DNA of 64,000 nucleotides, from assembly GCA_030390025.1 (NCBI GenBank), contig CM059425.1, positions 178,066,001-178,130,000 of the forward strand. Reading direction: 5' to 3'. Every line of letters starts with the position of its first letter. Within the stretch, counting starts at the first letter, position 1. The notes beneath the pieces are model-generated. The model was not told where the DNA came from, made no database searches, and was given only the letters and a program-made list of their open reading frames with translations. This stretch comes from Squalus acanthias (Eukaryota). This document shows, piece after piece, positions 1-13,003 of this stretch. The translations under genes and the position numbers were made by a program.

Positions 1-540
1 ATTCCAATGCCTCCCATCTTTCACCCTCCATAAACTTGAACTCATCCAAAAATCTGCTGCCCGTATTCTAACTCGCACCAGTCCCGTTCACCCATCACTC
101 CTGTGCTCGCTGACCTACATTGGTTCCCAGTCTGGCAACACCTCAATTTTAAAATTCTCAGCCTTGTTTTCAAATCCCTCCATGGCCTCTCCCCTCCCTA
201 TCTCTGTAACCTCCTCCAGCCCTACAACCCTCTGAGATCTCTGCACTCCTCCAATTCTGGCCTCTTGTGCATCCCCGATTTTAATTGTTCCACCATTGGC
301 AGCCGTGTCTTCAGCTATCTGGGGCCATAAGCTCTGGAATTCCCCTCCTCCCAAGTCTTTCTGCCTCTCTCTCCTCCTTTAAGACACTCCTTAAAACCTA
401 CCACTTTGTCTAAGCTTTTGGTCACCTGCCCTAATATCTCTATGTGGCTCGGTGCCAAATTGTGTTTGAGAATGCTCCTGTGAAGCACCTTGGGACATTT
501 TACTATTTTAAAGGTGCTATATAAATGCAAGTTGTTGTTA
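1..540 (+). mobile_element. L2-clade LINE 3' end
   Basis: LHWFPVWQHLNFKILSLVFKSLHGLSPPYL ORF2 C-terminus; tail tataaatgcaagttgttgtt as in the 20495-24547 element. Confidence 0.85.
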
Positions 541-864
541 GAATGATTCTAAAGCTGCAAATTTGTGGACCCATTTTGATGAGCATGTACCCAAAATGCT
601 AACTTTTTTTTTTAAACAGATGCTGTCTAATCTGCTGAGTATTTCTTGCATTTTCTATTTTTATTTCAGTTTGCTGGCATTGGAAATGTTTTATTTTTCT
701 TTTTGTCCCTAGCAATGAAAGTACACATACCTTTCACCTCTGACCCATTGTGCATCCAGGCACCCATACTGGTCCACTTTGAGGATCATACATGCTGGAA
801 ACACTGCGTTATAACTTGTGAGGTTGAAATCTGGGAATCTGGGCATAGGCCAAGTGTTTCACTC

Positions 865-1378
865 CCCTTCCTCACTGAAATCACACGTGCAAAAGGCTTA
901 TCATTTGGTGGTCAAGCTGGTGGTCTTGGGGCTGCAATGGTGAGTGGTGGGACAGGGAGTCTGGATGAGGTGTACAATGATGTTCATGCAGGCTATCCAC
1001 TGTCAGTCAACAGGCCTGCTGTACCGTCTGCTACTCCATCTCTACCAACCAAATATGACTCCATGACAACCCACTGTAGGAGACTGGTGAATGTCCCATA
1101 AGACACCATAAAGTAACCAGTTTAGTGATCGCACAATAAAGCACAACATAATTTCCTCAATAATGTTGAAACCTACAAAGGGTTTGAAAATTGTGATTTA
1201 GAATCACAATTACATCACTATTCCAGGGTATTATGTAAGATTATCATGCCAGTTTCTGTGTATGAGAACAATTTCTTCCATCCCATATTTAGTCATTGTA
1301 ATGGGCTGACTCACACAAGTAAAACAGTCACCATCACAAAACATAGAATGTAGCAGTGTGCCCAGAACATTGCACAAA
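865..1378 (+). repeat. Unclassified interspersed repeat, copy 1 (inverted relative to 5195-5687)
   Basis: Reverse complement matches 5195-5687 over ~500 bp; short third fragment near 3636-3692. Confidence 0.8.
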
Positions 1379-2029
1379 CTTGCCTGATATGCCAGGTCAT
1401 GTGCTATCATTGTGATAATGGCCCATTTATTATCAGTGTACTTCTGCTTTGGATTAAGCAACAGCAAATTCTTTCAGAACATCAGTAAACCCAAGGTTTC
1501 CATCACACCTGCTGTAAAGTCAGGCATTTCTTTGAAGCAAATATCCCTGTCAGAGACTAAACCCATGAGCAGTAACAGATGAGTCTGTATAATGCCAGCA
1601 TTTTTATCACTGCAAAAGTAATAGGAAACTACTTAAGTTGAATGTTTTGAATTTGTAGATGTTTCTGAAAGACTGGAAGAGGATGGAACATGGAAAGTTA
1701 CAACATTTAACACCACCGTAAAGATGTCTACTTATATAACTGCGTTTGTTGTTTGTGACTATGATTACATTAACACAACTTACAATGACATAGAGGTAAC
1801 TATCAATGATCTTAATATTTATTATTATTTCTATGAGTGTTATGTGTATTTTTTTCCTTTGGAAATTTTGAAACAAATTTGCCTCGACTAATGTAACTAA
1901 GTCATACTCAATTTAAGTTGAAAATAAATTGGGTTAATGGAAAGACATGTTTCTGAACTGGATTAGCAGCTTTTAAATTGAAGTCACTGAAGAAAACTTT
2001 AAAAAGAAAGAAAGACATGGATTTATAAA

Positions 2030-3108
2030 GGTTAGGGCACGTGGAGTCAAGGGACAAATAGCCGAATGGATAGCAGATAGGCTAAAAAATAGAAAGCGGA
2101 GAGTGGGGTAAAGGGTAGTTATTCAGATCGGAGGAAGGTATAAAGTGTTGTTCCACAAGGATCAGTGCTGGGACCACTGTTATTCAGAATTTACATTAAT
2201 GATTTGGACTTAGTAACAAGTAACTCAATTTCAAAATTTGTAGATGATACCAAAATGGGGTATAGCTAACATCACATCACAGAAGAATGCAACATAATAC
2301 AAGAAGATATTAGAAAACTTGCAGACTGGACAGTTAAGTGGCAAATGAACTTTAACATAGATAAATGTGAGGTGATGCACTTTGGTAGGAAAAATAGAAA
2401 CATCACCTACACCGTAGAAAATAAGAAGCTGAATGGGGTTGAAGAACAAAGGGATCTAGGGATATGGGTGAACAAATCATTAAAAGCAGCATCGCAGGTC
2501 AGCAATGCAATTAAAAATGCTAACAAAGCACTGGGATTTATTTCTATGTATAGGACCCTGGTCAGGCCACACTGAGCGAACTGTCCACAGTTCTGGTCTC
2601 CATATTATAAAAAGGACATAGAAGCACTGGAGAAAGTGCAAAATAGGTTTACAAGGATGGTACCAGAACTGAGCAATTACAGCTGTTGGGAAAGATTTAA
2701 CAGTTTGGGGCTTTTTTCTTTAGAAAAGAGAAGACTTAGAGGTGACCTGATAGAGGTCTTTAAAATGATGAATGGGTTGAACAGGGTAGATGTGGAGAGA
2801 ATGTTTCCACTTGTGGGAATATCCAAAACTAGGGGCCATAAATACAAGATAGTTACTAATAAATCCAATAAGGAAATAAGGAGAAATTTCTTTACTCAGA
2901 GAGTGGTTAGAATATGGAACTTGCTACCACAGGAAGCGGTTGAGGCAAATAGCTTAGATGCTTTCAAAAGGGAATAGAAAGATATGCTGACAGGCTGAGA
3001 TGAGGTAGATGGAATGGGAGGAGACGCATGCAGAGTATAAACACCAGCACAGACTAATTGGGCCGTTTGACCTGTTCCTGTGCTGTATATTCTATGTCAT
3101 TCTATGTA
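2030..3108 (+). mobile_element. 5'-truncated CR1 LINE
   Basis: Frameshifted RT/C-terminal ORFs (FNIDKCEVMHFG, RRLRGDLIEVFK, NFFTQRVV); ttctatgt tail. Confidence 0.9.
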
Positions 3109-3368
3109 ACATTGTGTCTTGCACAACCTCAGGGTGTCCCAAGTGCTTTACAGGCAATTAAGTACATTTGAAGTGCAATTACTGTTGTAATGTAGGAAAT
3201 GTGAGAAGTATTAATTAGAATATGAACTGGAGATAACAAATCGATCAGCGAGGACATAGAATTACATAAACTGTACAGAGGAGACGTTGCTGAATTTTAA
3301 CATGAAACCAAAATCTTAATTAAAGATTGCGTATAACTGCTGTACTTTAAATTCAAATACTTTTTCAG

Positions 3369-3495
3369 ATTCGGGTTTGGGCAAATAAAGAAGCCATATC
3401 GGATGGTGAAGCTGAATATGCATTAAATATAACAGGCCCAATACTCGCATGCTTTGAAGAGTATTATAATATGAGTTACCCCCTCCCCAAATTAG
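3369..3495 (+). CDS. lvrn: M1 aminopeptidase (aminopeptidase Q/laeverin-like) internal exon A, 127 bp
   Basis: ttttcag|ATT...TTAG|gtaag; translates IRVWANKEAISDGEAEYALNITGPILACFEEYYNMSYPLPKL(D), the M1 segment that precedes GAMEN. Confidence 0.9.
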
Positions 3496-3567
3496 GTAAG
3501 TTGCTTATTTGTATACTCTTATCGTATGGTTCTGAATAAGGCCAACTGCAGCATTAACTAAAGTGCC

Positions 3568-3574
<7 letters not shown>

Positions 3575-3603
<29 letters not shown>
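3575..3603. repeat. (TA)n microsatellite
   Basis: Visible directly. Confidence 0.95.
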
Positions 3604-3606
<3 letters not shown>

Positions 3607-4363
3607 AAGCCTGCAATGCGTTTGCAACATACACTTTAGAATCACAATTACTTCACTATTCCAGGGTTCTGTGCAAGGCCAGCGTGATGCCTGAGCCATT
3701 TTATCTCCCGGGTCTCATTTAAATTAAATCAACCCTGACTCCCATTCAAATCTGGCTGGGATGACATGAAGGTTGTAGGCGGGAACGGAATTTCAGGCGG
3801 CAACTTTCGCAGATGGCTCTGGAACTGTGTGTAATTTGCGCGATTCTCTGTTAAATTTGCAGCGGGGTCCGAAGTTTTTCAGCAGGCCCCATCTTTTCAT
3901 TATTGATGAGACACCCACTGACCTGAATCGGCGAGGTTAAAACAGTAGCAGTAGCATCCGGCCATCATTTTCATCCATTCACTTCGGGCAATAGCAAGTT
4001 GGGAAATTGAATTCAATAAATCTCGTAATTTGTGGGCTAGTACCAGAAAACTGCTGGATAGTCGTAAAAAACCAACTGATTCAGTAATGTCCTACAGGGA
4101 AGGGACATGCTACCCCTAACCAGTCTGGCCTACAATGTGACTCCAGTCCCACACTATGCAATTGGGGGTAATTTTGACTTTGGGCAATAGTGTAAAATGG
4201 CCGTTAGTGAATTGGCCACCTGTTTCACATCTCTCCCAATTTTCATTGCCATTGAAGGAAATAATTTCTCTACATTAACTCCTCTAATCTTAAGCACCTC
4301 AATTAGAGTACCCCTTAATCTTCTATACTAATTGTTTGACTCAACTACTTGTTTGAAGATATT

Positions 4364-4870
4364 GGCCTAGAAATTGGTTTGCTGGTGCAAACTAGACGCA
4401 GGGAATGATCATGCACCGGAACGGGTAGGCCCGAGCAACACCCAATATTGGAGGAGGCCGATTAGGAGAGGGGGGTTAGTGATCGGGAGGAGGGAGTTGA
4501 GTGGGAGCTGGCAACAGTCTTCGGCACTGTAGTGGAGTTGAGAGGAGCACTCCTGCTCCTCCCGGTTCCACAGTCAGCTAAAAATCTTTTTAACAAACTT
4601 ACCTTTTGGTGGCAGCCTGCGCTGGATAGGCCGCATGCAGACCACATTTTCCTAAACACAGCCGACCCAGCGCCAGCTGTGTTCAGGACAGACCAAGTTT
4701 GCAAAGGGGGCCTTAAACAGACATTGGGCCCCTTGTTTGCATATGCAAAGGGCCTAATGCTTGTTTCAGGTGTGGGTCCTGGACACTTCTTTTTCTGTCT
4801 TTACCAAAATAGCGGAATGTGCACCACACGCCTCCCACCAAATTGAATGCTTTGCCGCCAGTTTTATGCC
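4364..4870. mobile_element. Putative MITE (Harbinger-like termini)
   Basis: Begins ggcctagaaattgg and ends in the degenerate inverted form ccagttttatgcc; GC-rich interior. Confidence 0.4.
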
Positions 4871-4973
4871 TGTAATGTGAGCGTGGCATCAACCAATTGC
4901 AAAGCAATTGTGCACTATAACATATTACATGACTTTGCATTGCAACTGACTCATTGTGTTCTTATCCTTTTAG

Positions 4974-5128
4974 ATATAATAGCATTGCCTCACTTTCAAG
5001 CAAGTGCAATGGAAAACTGGGGTCTGCTGATGTTCAGAAAGGATTCACTGTTATATCATCCGAAGAAGAAACCCACTGATGTTAAAGTAATCATATCTAC
5101 AACGATTGCACATGAGCTGGCACACCAG
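4974..5128 (+). CDS. lvrn: M1 aminopeptidase exon B, 155 bp, with SAMEN and HELAH motifs
   Basis: ttttag|AT...CAG|gcacgt (GC donor); (D)IIALPHFQASAMENWGLLMFRKDSLLYHPKKKPTDVKVIISTTIAHELAHQ; phase fits exon A (1) and exon C (0); DIIALP resembles LVRN. Confidence 0.92.
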
Positions 5129-5194
5129 GCACGTTTGCGCAATGTTTTCACAAATTAGTTTTTGTTATAATTTCCGTCGGTAGTTAGGGGTGGT

Positions 5195-5687
5195 GCAGAG
5201 AACTATTCTGGGCACACTGCTACATTCTATGTTTTGTGATGGTGAACATTTTAAAATTCTTGTGTGAGTCAGGCCATAACAATGACTAAATATGGGATTG
5301 AAGAAAGTGTCTCACACACAGAAGTTGGCATGATACGCTTACACAGAAACCTGGAATAGTGAAGTCATTGTGATTCTAAAATCTTGTATTGAGGAATTGT
5401 ATTACTGTGATGTGTTATCACTAAACTGGTTCCTGACTTTTCTGCTGTTCTGTGGGGCATTCACCAGCCTCTGACAGTGTGTTGTCATGGTGCCTTATTT
5501 GGTTGGTAGGGATGGAATAGGAGGAAGGTACAGCAGGCCCGTTCTTTGACAGCGGGTAGCCTGCGTGAACATCATTGAACACCTCATCCAGGCTCCCTGT
5601 CCCACCAATCACCATGCAGCCCCAAGACCACCAGCTTGACCAGCAAATGAGAACCCTTTCGCAAGTGTGATTTCAGTGAGGAAGGGC
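5195..5687 (-). repeat. Unclassified interspersed repeat, copy 2
   Basis: Translation of both copies gives GGTGSLDEV(Y/F)NDVHAGYPLS, on opposite strands. Confidence 0.8.
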
Positions 5688-6358
5688 ACACCCAAGTACT
5701 ATAGAATTTTGCCCACCTTCTCTTTGAAATATGCTTGCTCCATTCATGTGTTTGCCTAAATCTTCCCATATTGTCCATAAACAAGCCTTCACCCACAATG
5801 CTTTGGATGTTCCAGGAACTGCACCAATATCACATTCCTGCTTCCTGATGAAACATGCTTCCTAACTTTTGAAACAACGCTCTCTGCACCACACTGCCCT
5901 GCCCTTTAAGTTGCTGCAGGCCTTTAAATCCTGGCTCTGGTCTCCACTCACCAGGAATCTCTGAAGCAGAGTTCAAACCGTGCACCTTCCGACTCAGAGG
6001 CAGGAATACTACTGCTTGGCAAAAGGCTCGCTTTCCACCAAGACAGGTGACAAGCATAACACAAGTTGATAGTGTACAAAGAGAGTTTGGAGCAAGTAAT
6101 TTGAATGTACTAAGGAATGGCAAGTGGATTTAAGGGGGGGGATAAATGTACGCCAATGTGCAATGGAACAGACAACATGAAACAAAAGCAGACAATGAAG
6201 TGGCGACCATTAGAAAAAGTAAGGAGGAAATTGGCCTGGGAGTGATTATTGACCAGTTACTGAAAGAATCCATTCAATGTGAAGCTATTATACACCAGAC
6301 TAACCAAGGTGGTATGTGCAGTTTTGAAAACCTACCTTCAAAATCATTGTAACATCTG

Positions 6359-7011
6359 GGGGGCTAAATTCAGTTGATTTGTGCCTCCCATTAGCGCCCT
6401 ATGGGCGCAAATCAACTAGCGCCTGGGTGCGGCGCCGCTAACGCCTCCTGCGAAATTCAGCGGGAGGTTAGCGGCGACGCTAACCGTTAGTGCCCCGGCT
6501 GTAATCTTGGGTGGCGCCCCCCGACTTACCGCCGGACGCTATGTCCGATGGGGTCATGGGGCCTACCTGCGGCCAGGGCGGCGCTAGTTAAAGGGGAGGT
6601 GGCGGTCGGCCATTTTTGTTGCTGGCCGCCTGCCAGTATCTGCCCCCGCTGCTGTCCCCGGCCCCCGTGAAGTCCCCCCGCGGGGTGCCAGCTGCTCTCC
6701 GTGAGCCCGGCACTCCTCTTGAGTGCCGGGCTCATTTGTCGCAACTCCCGATCCCTGGTGGCCCAGCTGGGCGCCGGAACGCGCTGCGCCAGGCTCCTCC
6801 CCTTTAATAAGGGGAGGAAGGCCTGCAGTACCGCGTCACGTAGCACCACGGTTTTAGCTCACAGCGCCCCAAGAGGAACGCGGGGCATTTCCAGTAGCAC
6901 CCCTCCTCCCTCTTGGGGCGCTACCTGGGAAAATCGGCTGCAGGGGCGCCAATTTTTTCAGGGCACTAAAATTAGTCCTCCGGCGAAAGTAGTGCACCCA
7001 ATTTTTACCTC
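6359..7011. mobile_element. GC-rich non-autonomous DNA transposon (PIF/Harbinger-like MITE)
   Basis: Termini gggggctaaatt...aatttttacctc; subterminal sequence shared with the 27278 and 36701 elements; interrupts a degraded CR1. Confidence 0.65.
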
Positions 7012-7489
7012 TTAGGGTCTAAGTTATAAGGTGAGACTCATAAAGGTAAATTTGTCATTAGAAAAAAATGATTGAGGGGGTGCATAATCTAGGTTTTCAA
7101 AATACTGAAGACTTAGGTAATGTATATTTAAGCAGGCTATTTTACTTGGATTGTGAGTACAGAAATAGAGAGCATTAGTAAAAACTTAACAAGTCTTAAG
7201 CAATGCAAAACTAACCCTCTCCCCCACAGAGTGGTGAATTTATGGAACAGACTCCCATCAAATCCAAATGTTAACTTATTTCAAAAAGTGTAGGTAAATA
7301 TATGGTTGGGAATTGGCCAGAAGGGACGGATATCCCTCAGTGGTTCTTGTAAAGCTTGAGTAAATAATTTAGTCTTTGGGTAGTTTGCTTTGAGGAGTGA
7401 ATAGAAAAATAGCAGTCTAGTTTAGACCTAGTTAACTGCACTTATATAAATGACCTCTATCTAAGGAATTTATTTAAGTTTCTAATTAA

Positions 7490-10400
7490 AATGGAGGGAC
7501 AGCAATACCTGTAGCCTGCAATTCCTTCACCATGAGGGAACTTCAGGACGCTTCATGCATCCCGGAGGCCAATGTTTGCAGGAAGTGCCTCCAGCTACTC
7601 GATCTCACGCTGAGGGTTTCTGAGCTTGAGTGCCAGCTGAGTTTACTGCAGGGCATACAGGTGTGTCCTGGATCGCAGGTTCCAGGAGGTGGTCACCCAC
7701 AGCCAGATAAAGTTCAGAATAGCAAGTGGGTGGCCACCTGGAAGGGTAGGACGAGGCAGGCAGTGCATGAATTGTCCAGTAGTGTGGCATTCTCGAACCA
7801 ATATTCAGCACTGATGGTGACACCTTGAAGGAGTGCAGTTCCGAGCCTGCCATTGTGAGGCAAAGGACTACGCAGGGGAGTACAGCAAAGTGTTGGAATG
7901 CAGCAGTAATTGGCGATTAGATAGTCAGGGGGACAGATAAGCAGTTCTGCTACCGTCAACGTGAGACCCATTTGGTATGTTGCCTCCCTGGTGCCAGGGT
8001 AAGGGACATCACTGAGAGGGTGCAGAACATTCTGCAGTGGGTAGGGGAAGAACCAGAAGTCGTGGTTCATGCCGAAACAAATGACACAGGGCGGAAGAGG
8101 GTTAAGGTCCCGCAGTCAGACTTTAAGGAGCTAGGGAGGAATTTAAAAAGCAGGGGGGAGAAATTTGGTTGCTTTGCGCCTCCCGTTAGCGCGCTAAGAG
8201 GGCGCTAACGGGGCGCAAAGCAACTAGCCTGGGCGAGGCGCCGCCAACGCCTCCCGTAGAGAGTAGAAACATAAAGATATGGCAGGTTAATGTGTGGCTA
8301 GAGAAATGGTGCGGGAGGGAGGCTTCAGATTCCTGGGACATTAGGACCAGTTTTGTGGCAGGAGGGACCTGTTCAAGATGGACAGGTTGCACCTGAACAG
8401 AGCTGGGACCAATATCCTTGCGGGCAGGTTAACTAGTGCGTGGGGTGGGTTTAAACTAATTCAGCAGGGGGTTGGGCACCAAGATGTAGTGTTACAAAAT
8501 AGAAACAAGGGTGCATAGAGTACTGGGAGAGACAGTTAGATTTAGAAATAATACACAATTAGGTGGGATCTTAGAAAATATAAAGAGGTCGAAGTTAGGT
8601 TTGAAGTGCATGTGTGTAAATGCACGAAGTGTGGTTAATAAGGTTGGTGAGCTGCAAGCTCAAATAGCCATGTGGGAATATGATGTAGTGGCGATAACGG
8701 AAACCTGGCTCAAAAAAGGGGAGGATTAGATGCTTAATATTCCTAGCTACAAGGTATTCAGGAATGATACGGGAGAGGCCATTAAAGCCCTTAACAAGCC
8801 CTAAATTGGCTCTGTAATGCCATTTTGAAATGTTTTAGCTAGTTTAACCCTTTTCCGACGTGAAGTACGTCTGATGTGAAACACGCCAGTGAAACCTGGC
8901 GGGAGCACAAGTGGATAGCTGACTATCAGCTGCAGGTCCACTATTACAACGGAGATGTGATGAAGGTAGTAGTAGTATTAGGTCTGAAAGTTGATGCTGC
9001 TGCATTGAATGTCTTCAGAGAATGCCTGGCCTTGCTGTGAGAGGACCTGGATGGACATCATCTGAGGCGATTTTCAGACTCAAACCACTAATTGGTTCAT
9101 GGGTTCCCACATGCTGGAACTCAATTGCCCAATTAAGTTAAAATTGCATCATTCATCCACATTAATCTAGAGTCGGGGGGGGGCAACACGAAATGCGGAT
9201 CACACGACCACAACCCGACCCCAAGACAAAATCCGGCCCGAAGGAGCAGATTTGCAAGGAATTTACCGAGAGGTGCAAGAACTAAAGAGTAGTGATAGTG
9301 GGAGACTTTAACTACCACAATATTGAAAGGGGCAGTGATTGTGTTAAGGGCAGAGAAGGGGAGTAATTACTGAAGTGTGATCAGGAGAATTTTCTTCATC
9401 AGTATGTTTATTGCCTAACGAGGAAGGAAACATTGCTGGATCTAGTCCTAATGAATGAAGTGGGTTAAGTGCAGAATGTCACAGTTGGAGAGCATCTCGG
9501 GAATAGTGATCATAGTACTGTAAGGTTTAGATTAGTTATAGAGAAGGGCAAGGAGCAAACTAGAATAAAAATACTTAACTGGAGGAGGGCTAATTTCAGC
9601 GAATTGAGGAGGGATTTGGATCGGGTAAATTAGAGTCAAAGACTGGCAGGCAGAAATGTAATGGAGCAATGGGCGGCCTTTAAAGAGGAGATAGTTCAGG
9701 TACAGTCTAGGTACATTCCTACAAGGGAGAAAGGGAGGGCAACCAATGCCAGAGCTCCCTGGATGATGAAGCAGTTAGAGAGTAGGATGAAGCAGAAAAA
9801 GGGGGCATATGACAGTTGTCTGTTTGATAATACAATGGAGAATCAAGCTGAATATAAAAAGTACAGAGGCAGAGTGAAAAAGAAAATAAGAGGAGAAAGG
9901 AGACAGTACAAGAATAAATTGGCAACTAACATAAAAGGGAATCCAAAGGGCTTCTATAGGCATATTAACAGGAAAAGGGTTGTCATAGAGGACACAGTTT
10001 CAAAATTTTCAGTTGACACGAAACTTGGAAGTGTCGTAAACAGTGAGGAAGATAGTAATAGACTTCAAGAGGACATAGACAGGCAGGTGGAATGTGCAGA
10101 CACATGGCAAATGAAGTTCAACACAGCAAAGTGTGAGGTGATACATTTTGGTAGGAAGAATGAGGAGAGATCATACATACTAAATGGTACAACTTTAAAG
10201 GGGGTGCATAAACAGAGAGACCTGGGGGTGTTTGTGCACAAATCTTTAAAGGTGGCAGACAGGTTAACAAAACAGTTAATAAAGTATATGGGATCCTCGA
10301 CTTTATAAATCGAAGCATACAGTACAAAAGCCAGGAAGTTATGCTAAACCTAAACAAAACACTAGTTCGGCCCCAGCTGGAGTATTGTGTCCAATTCTGG

Positions 10401-12030
10401 GCACCACACTTTAGGAAGGACGTGAGGGCTTTGGAGAGGGTACAGAAGAGATTTACTAGAATGGTTCCAGGGATGAGGGATTACAGTTACGTGGATAGAC
10501 TGAGAAGCTGGGGTTATTCGCCTTAGAGCAGAGAAGGCTTACAGGAGATTTGATAGAGGGTTTACAATTATGAAGAGTTTAGAGAGTAAGTAAAGTGTAA
10601 CTGCTTTGGTACTGACTTGGATAGAGAACTGGTTGGCAGACAGGAAGCAAAGAGTTGGAATAAACGGGTCTTTTTCCAAGTGGCAGGCAGTGACTAGTGG
10701 GGTACCACAGGGATCGGTGCTAGGACTCCAGCTATTCACAATATATATTAATGATTTAGACGAGGGAACTAGATGTAATATCTCCAAGTTTGCAGACGAC
10801 ACAAAGCTGGGTGGGCGAGTGTGCTGTGAGGAGGATGCAGAGAAACTCCAGTATGATTTGGACAGGTTGGGTGATTGGGCAGATGCATGGCAGATGCAGT
10901 ATAATGTGGATAAACGTGAGGTTATCCACTTTGGTGGCAAAAACAGGAAGGCAGATTATTATCTGAATGGCAATAGATTGGGAAAAGGGGAGGTGCAACG
11001 AGACCTGGGTGTCCTTGTGCACCAGTCACTGAAGGTAAGCATGCAGGTGCAGCAGGCGGTTAAGAAGGCAAATGGTATGTTGGCCTTCATAGCGAGAGGA
11101 TTTGAGTACAGGAGCAGGGATGTCTTGCTGCAGTTGTACAGGGCCTTGGTGAGGCCACACCTTGAGTATTGTGTGCAGTTTTGGTCGCCTTATCTGAGGA
11201 AGGATGTTCTTGCCATGGAGGGAGTGCAGCGAAGATTCACCAGACTGATACCTGGGATGGCAGGGATGACGTATGAAGAGAGATTGGGTCGATTAGGCTT
11301 ATACTCACTAGAGTTTCGAAGAATGAGAGGGGATCTCATTGAAACTTATAAAATTCTAACAGGACTAGACAGACTAGATGCAGGAAGGATGTTCCCGATG
11401 GCGGGTGAGTCCAGAACCAGGGGTCACAGTCTAAGGATAAGGGGTAAGCCATTTAGGACTGAGATGAGGAGGAATATCTTCACCCAGAGAGTGGTGAACC
11501 TGTGGAATTCTCTACCACACAAGGCAGTTGAGGCCAAATCATTAAATATATTCAAGAAGGAGTTAGATATAGTTCTTAAGGCTAAAGGGTTCAAGGGATA
11601 TGGGGAGAAAGCAGGGACAGGGTACTGAATTTGGATGATCAGCCATGATCTCATTGAATGGCAGAGCAGGCTCGAGGGGCCAAATGGCCTACTCCTGCTC
11701 CTATCTTCTATGTTTCTATGTTTCCAATGGTTGAAGGTTCGATAACCAGAGGGCACAGATTTAAGGTGATTGGCAAAAGAACCAGAGGCGACATGAGGAA
11801 AAACTTATTTACGCAACGAATAGTTAGGATTTGGAATGCACTGCCTGATATAGATTCAATAGTAGCCTTCAAAAGGGAATTGGAAAAAATACTTAAAGGA
11901 GAAAAAATTGCAGGGATATGGGGAAAGAGCCGGGGAGTGGGGCTAACTGGATTGCTCTCGAAGGAGCTGCACAGACTCGATGGGTCGAATGACCTCCTTC
12001 TGTGCTGTACTATTCTATGATTCTATGATA
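7490..12030 (+). mobile_element. Degenerate, originally long CR1 (ORF1 esterase plus ORF2) with nested insertions and an internal deletion
   Basis: ORF1 remnants CRKCLQL and CCLPGARVRDI; EN remnant NARSVVNK/VAITETWL; RT C-terminus; resumes at ~11721 after a nested CR1; MITE-like pieces at ~8152-8258 and ~8772-9240. Confidence 0.85.
10606..11720 (+). mobile_element. Young 5'-truncated CR1 nested in an older CR1
   Basis: Uninterrupted 340-aa frame with GVPQGSVLG and FADDTK; 3' UTR and (tatgtttc)n tail. Confidence 0.92.
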
Positions 12031-12812
12031 TGGAAGAGACGACCAAATAGATTATGGAATTGAATGGCTGCTGTGTTGCTGTGACCGTGAAATGTTATTT
12101 GTGGAAAGCAATGCTGGTTTCAAGATTGGATAAATATTCTAGAACGTTACTCAGCCAAGGTAAAATTGAGAAATTTTGAGTAACACTGAAAATTCTGTTA
12201 GTATTTAGAAGCGCTGGGAAGATTCTGGCAAGATTGCTGCATATTTGAATGTTTTATTACATCACCAATCAAGTGCGTTTATAAATAGTGTGCATCAATA
12301 CATGCATTTTCTAACGTCAGAAACAGCTTTAATAAATGCTCTTCTTCCTGGAGAGAAATAATGGGTCAGACCAAGGACCTTCCCCAGCTAATATTTCATG
12401 TCCTTATTGTTCTAATAAGGGGTCAGTGGCCTTCTGGCAGTTAGAGCCCATTGCCAGTGTAGCACCATGAATGTATGGGCTTACACAGCAAAAGTAAGTT
12501 AAAAGTGATGCTCATGTCATCAATAGCATTAAACTTACCTAAAATTTGAATTACCACACTTAAAGGGTCAAGCCTGTGTATGTGTGGCACCAAACCTGCA
12601 TTTATATAGCACCTTTCACATCCTCAGAATGTGTGGCACCAATAAAAATAGCTGTTAAAATGACATGTTGGTTTGTAATGACATGAATCTGTATTTGCTG
12701 TAAACATGCTTAAACATTATCTCCAAATCTACAAAGTAGGGATCTTTGTGTATTAGAACATTCTGAAGCATTCAATTTAAAATGAGTTTTGCTTTTCTGT
12801 TTCTTTTTGAAG

Positions 12813-12926
12813 TGGTTTGGAAACCTGGTTACAATGATGTGGTGGAATGATTTGTGGCTTAATGAAGGATTTGCAACATACTTCGAACACTTGGGTGTGT
12901 CTTCTATAGACAATTCGGCAAAAATG
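12813..12926 (+). CDS. lvrn: M1 aminopeptidase exon C, 114 bp, third zinc ligand
   Basis: ttgaag|TGG...ATG|gtaag; [38 protein letters not shown] completes HEXXH-x18-E. Confidence 0.95.
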
Positions 12927-13003
12927 GTAAGAAAATCCATCTATTCCTAAGCAACAAAATAGTCAAGGTTCTGTTAATAGTCTCTGAGAAGGGCTGCTTA
13001 AAG

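Noticed and set aside
1..3368. A further upstream aminopeptidase exon
   Set aside because: No reading frame with the expected MxTYL-type motif and splice sites was found; the exon probably lies outside the window
4847..5158. 103-aa ORF as a stand-alone gene
   Set aside because: It is exon B plus intronic read-through on both sides
6526..7015. GC-rich ORFs within MITEs (also 27239-27944 and 36927-37479)
   Set aside because: No domain motifs; frames are not conserved between the two sister copies that can be compared; expected by chance in GC-rich DNA
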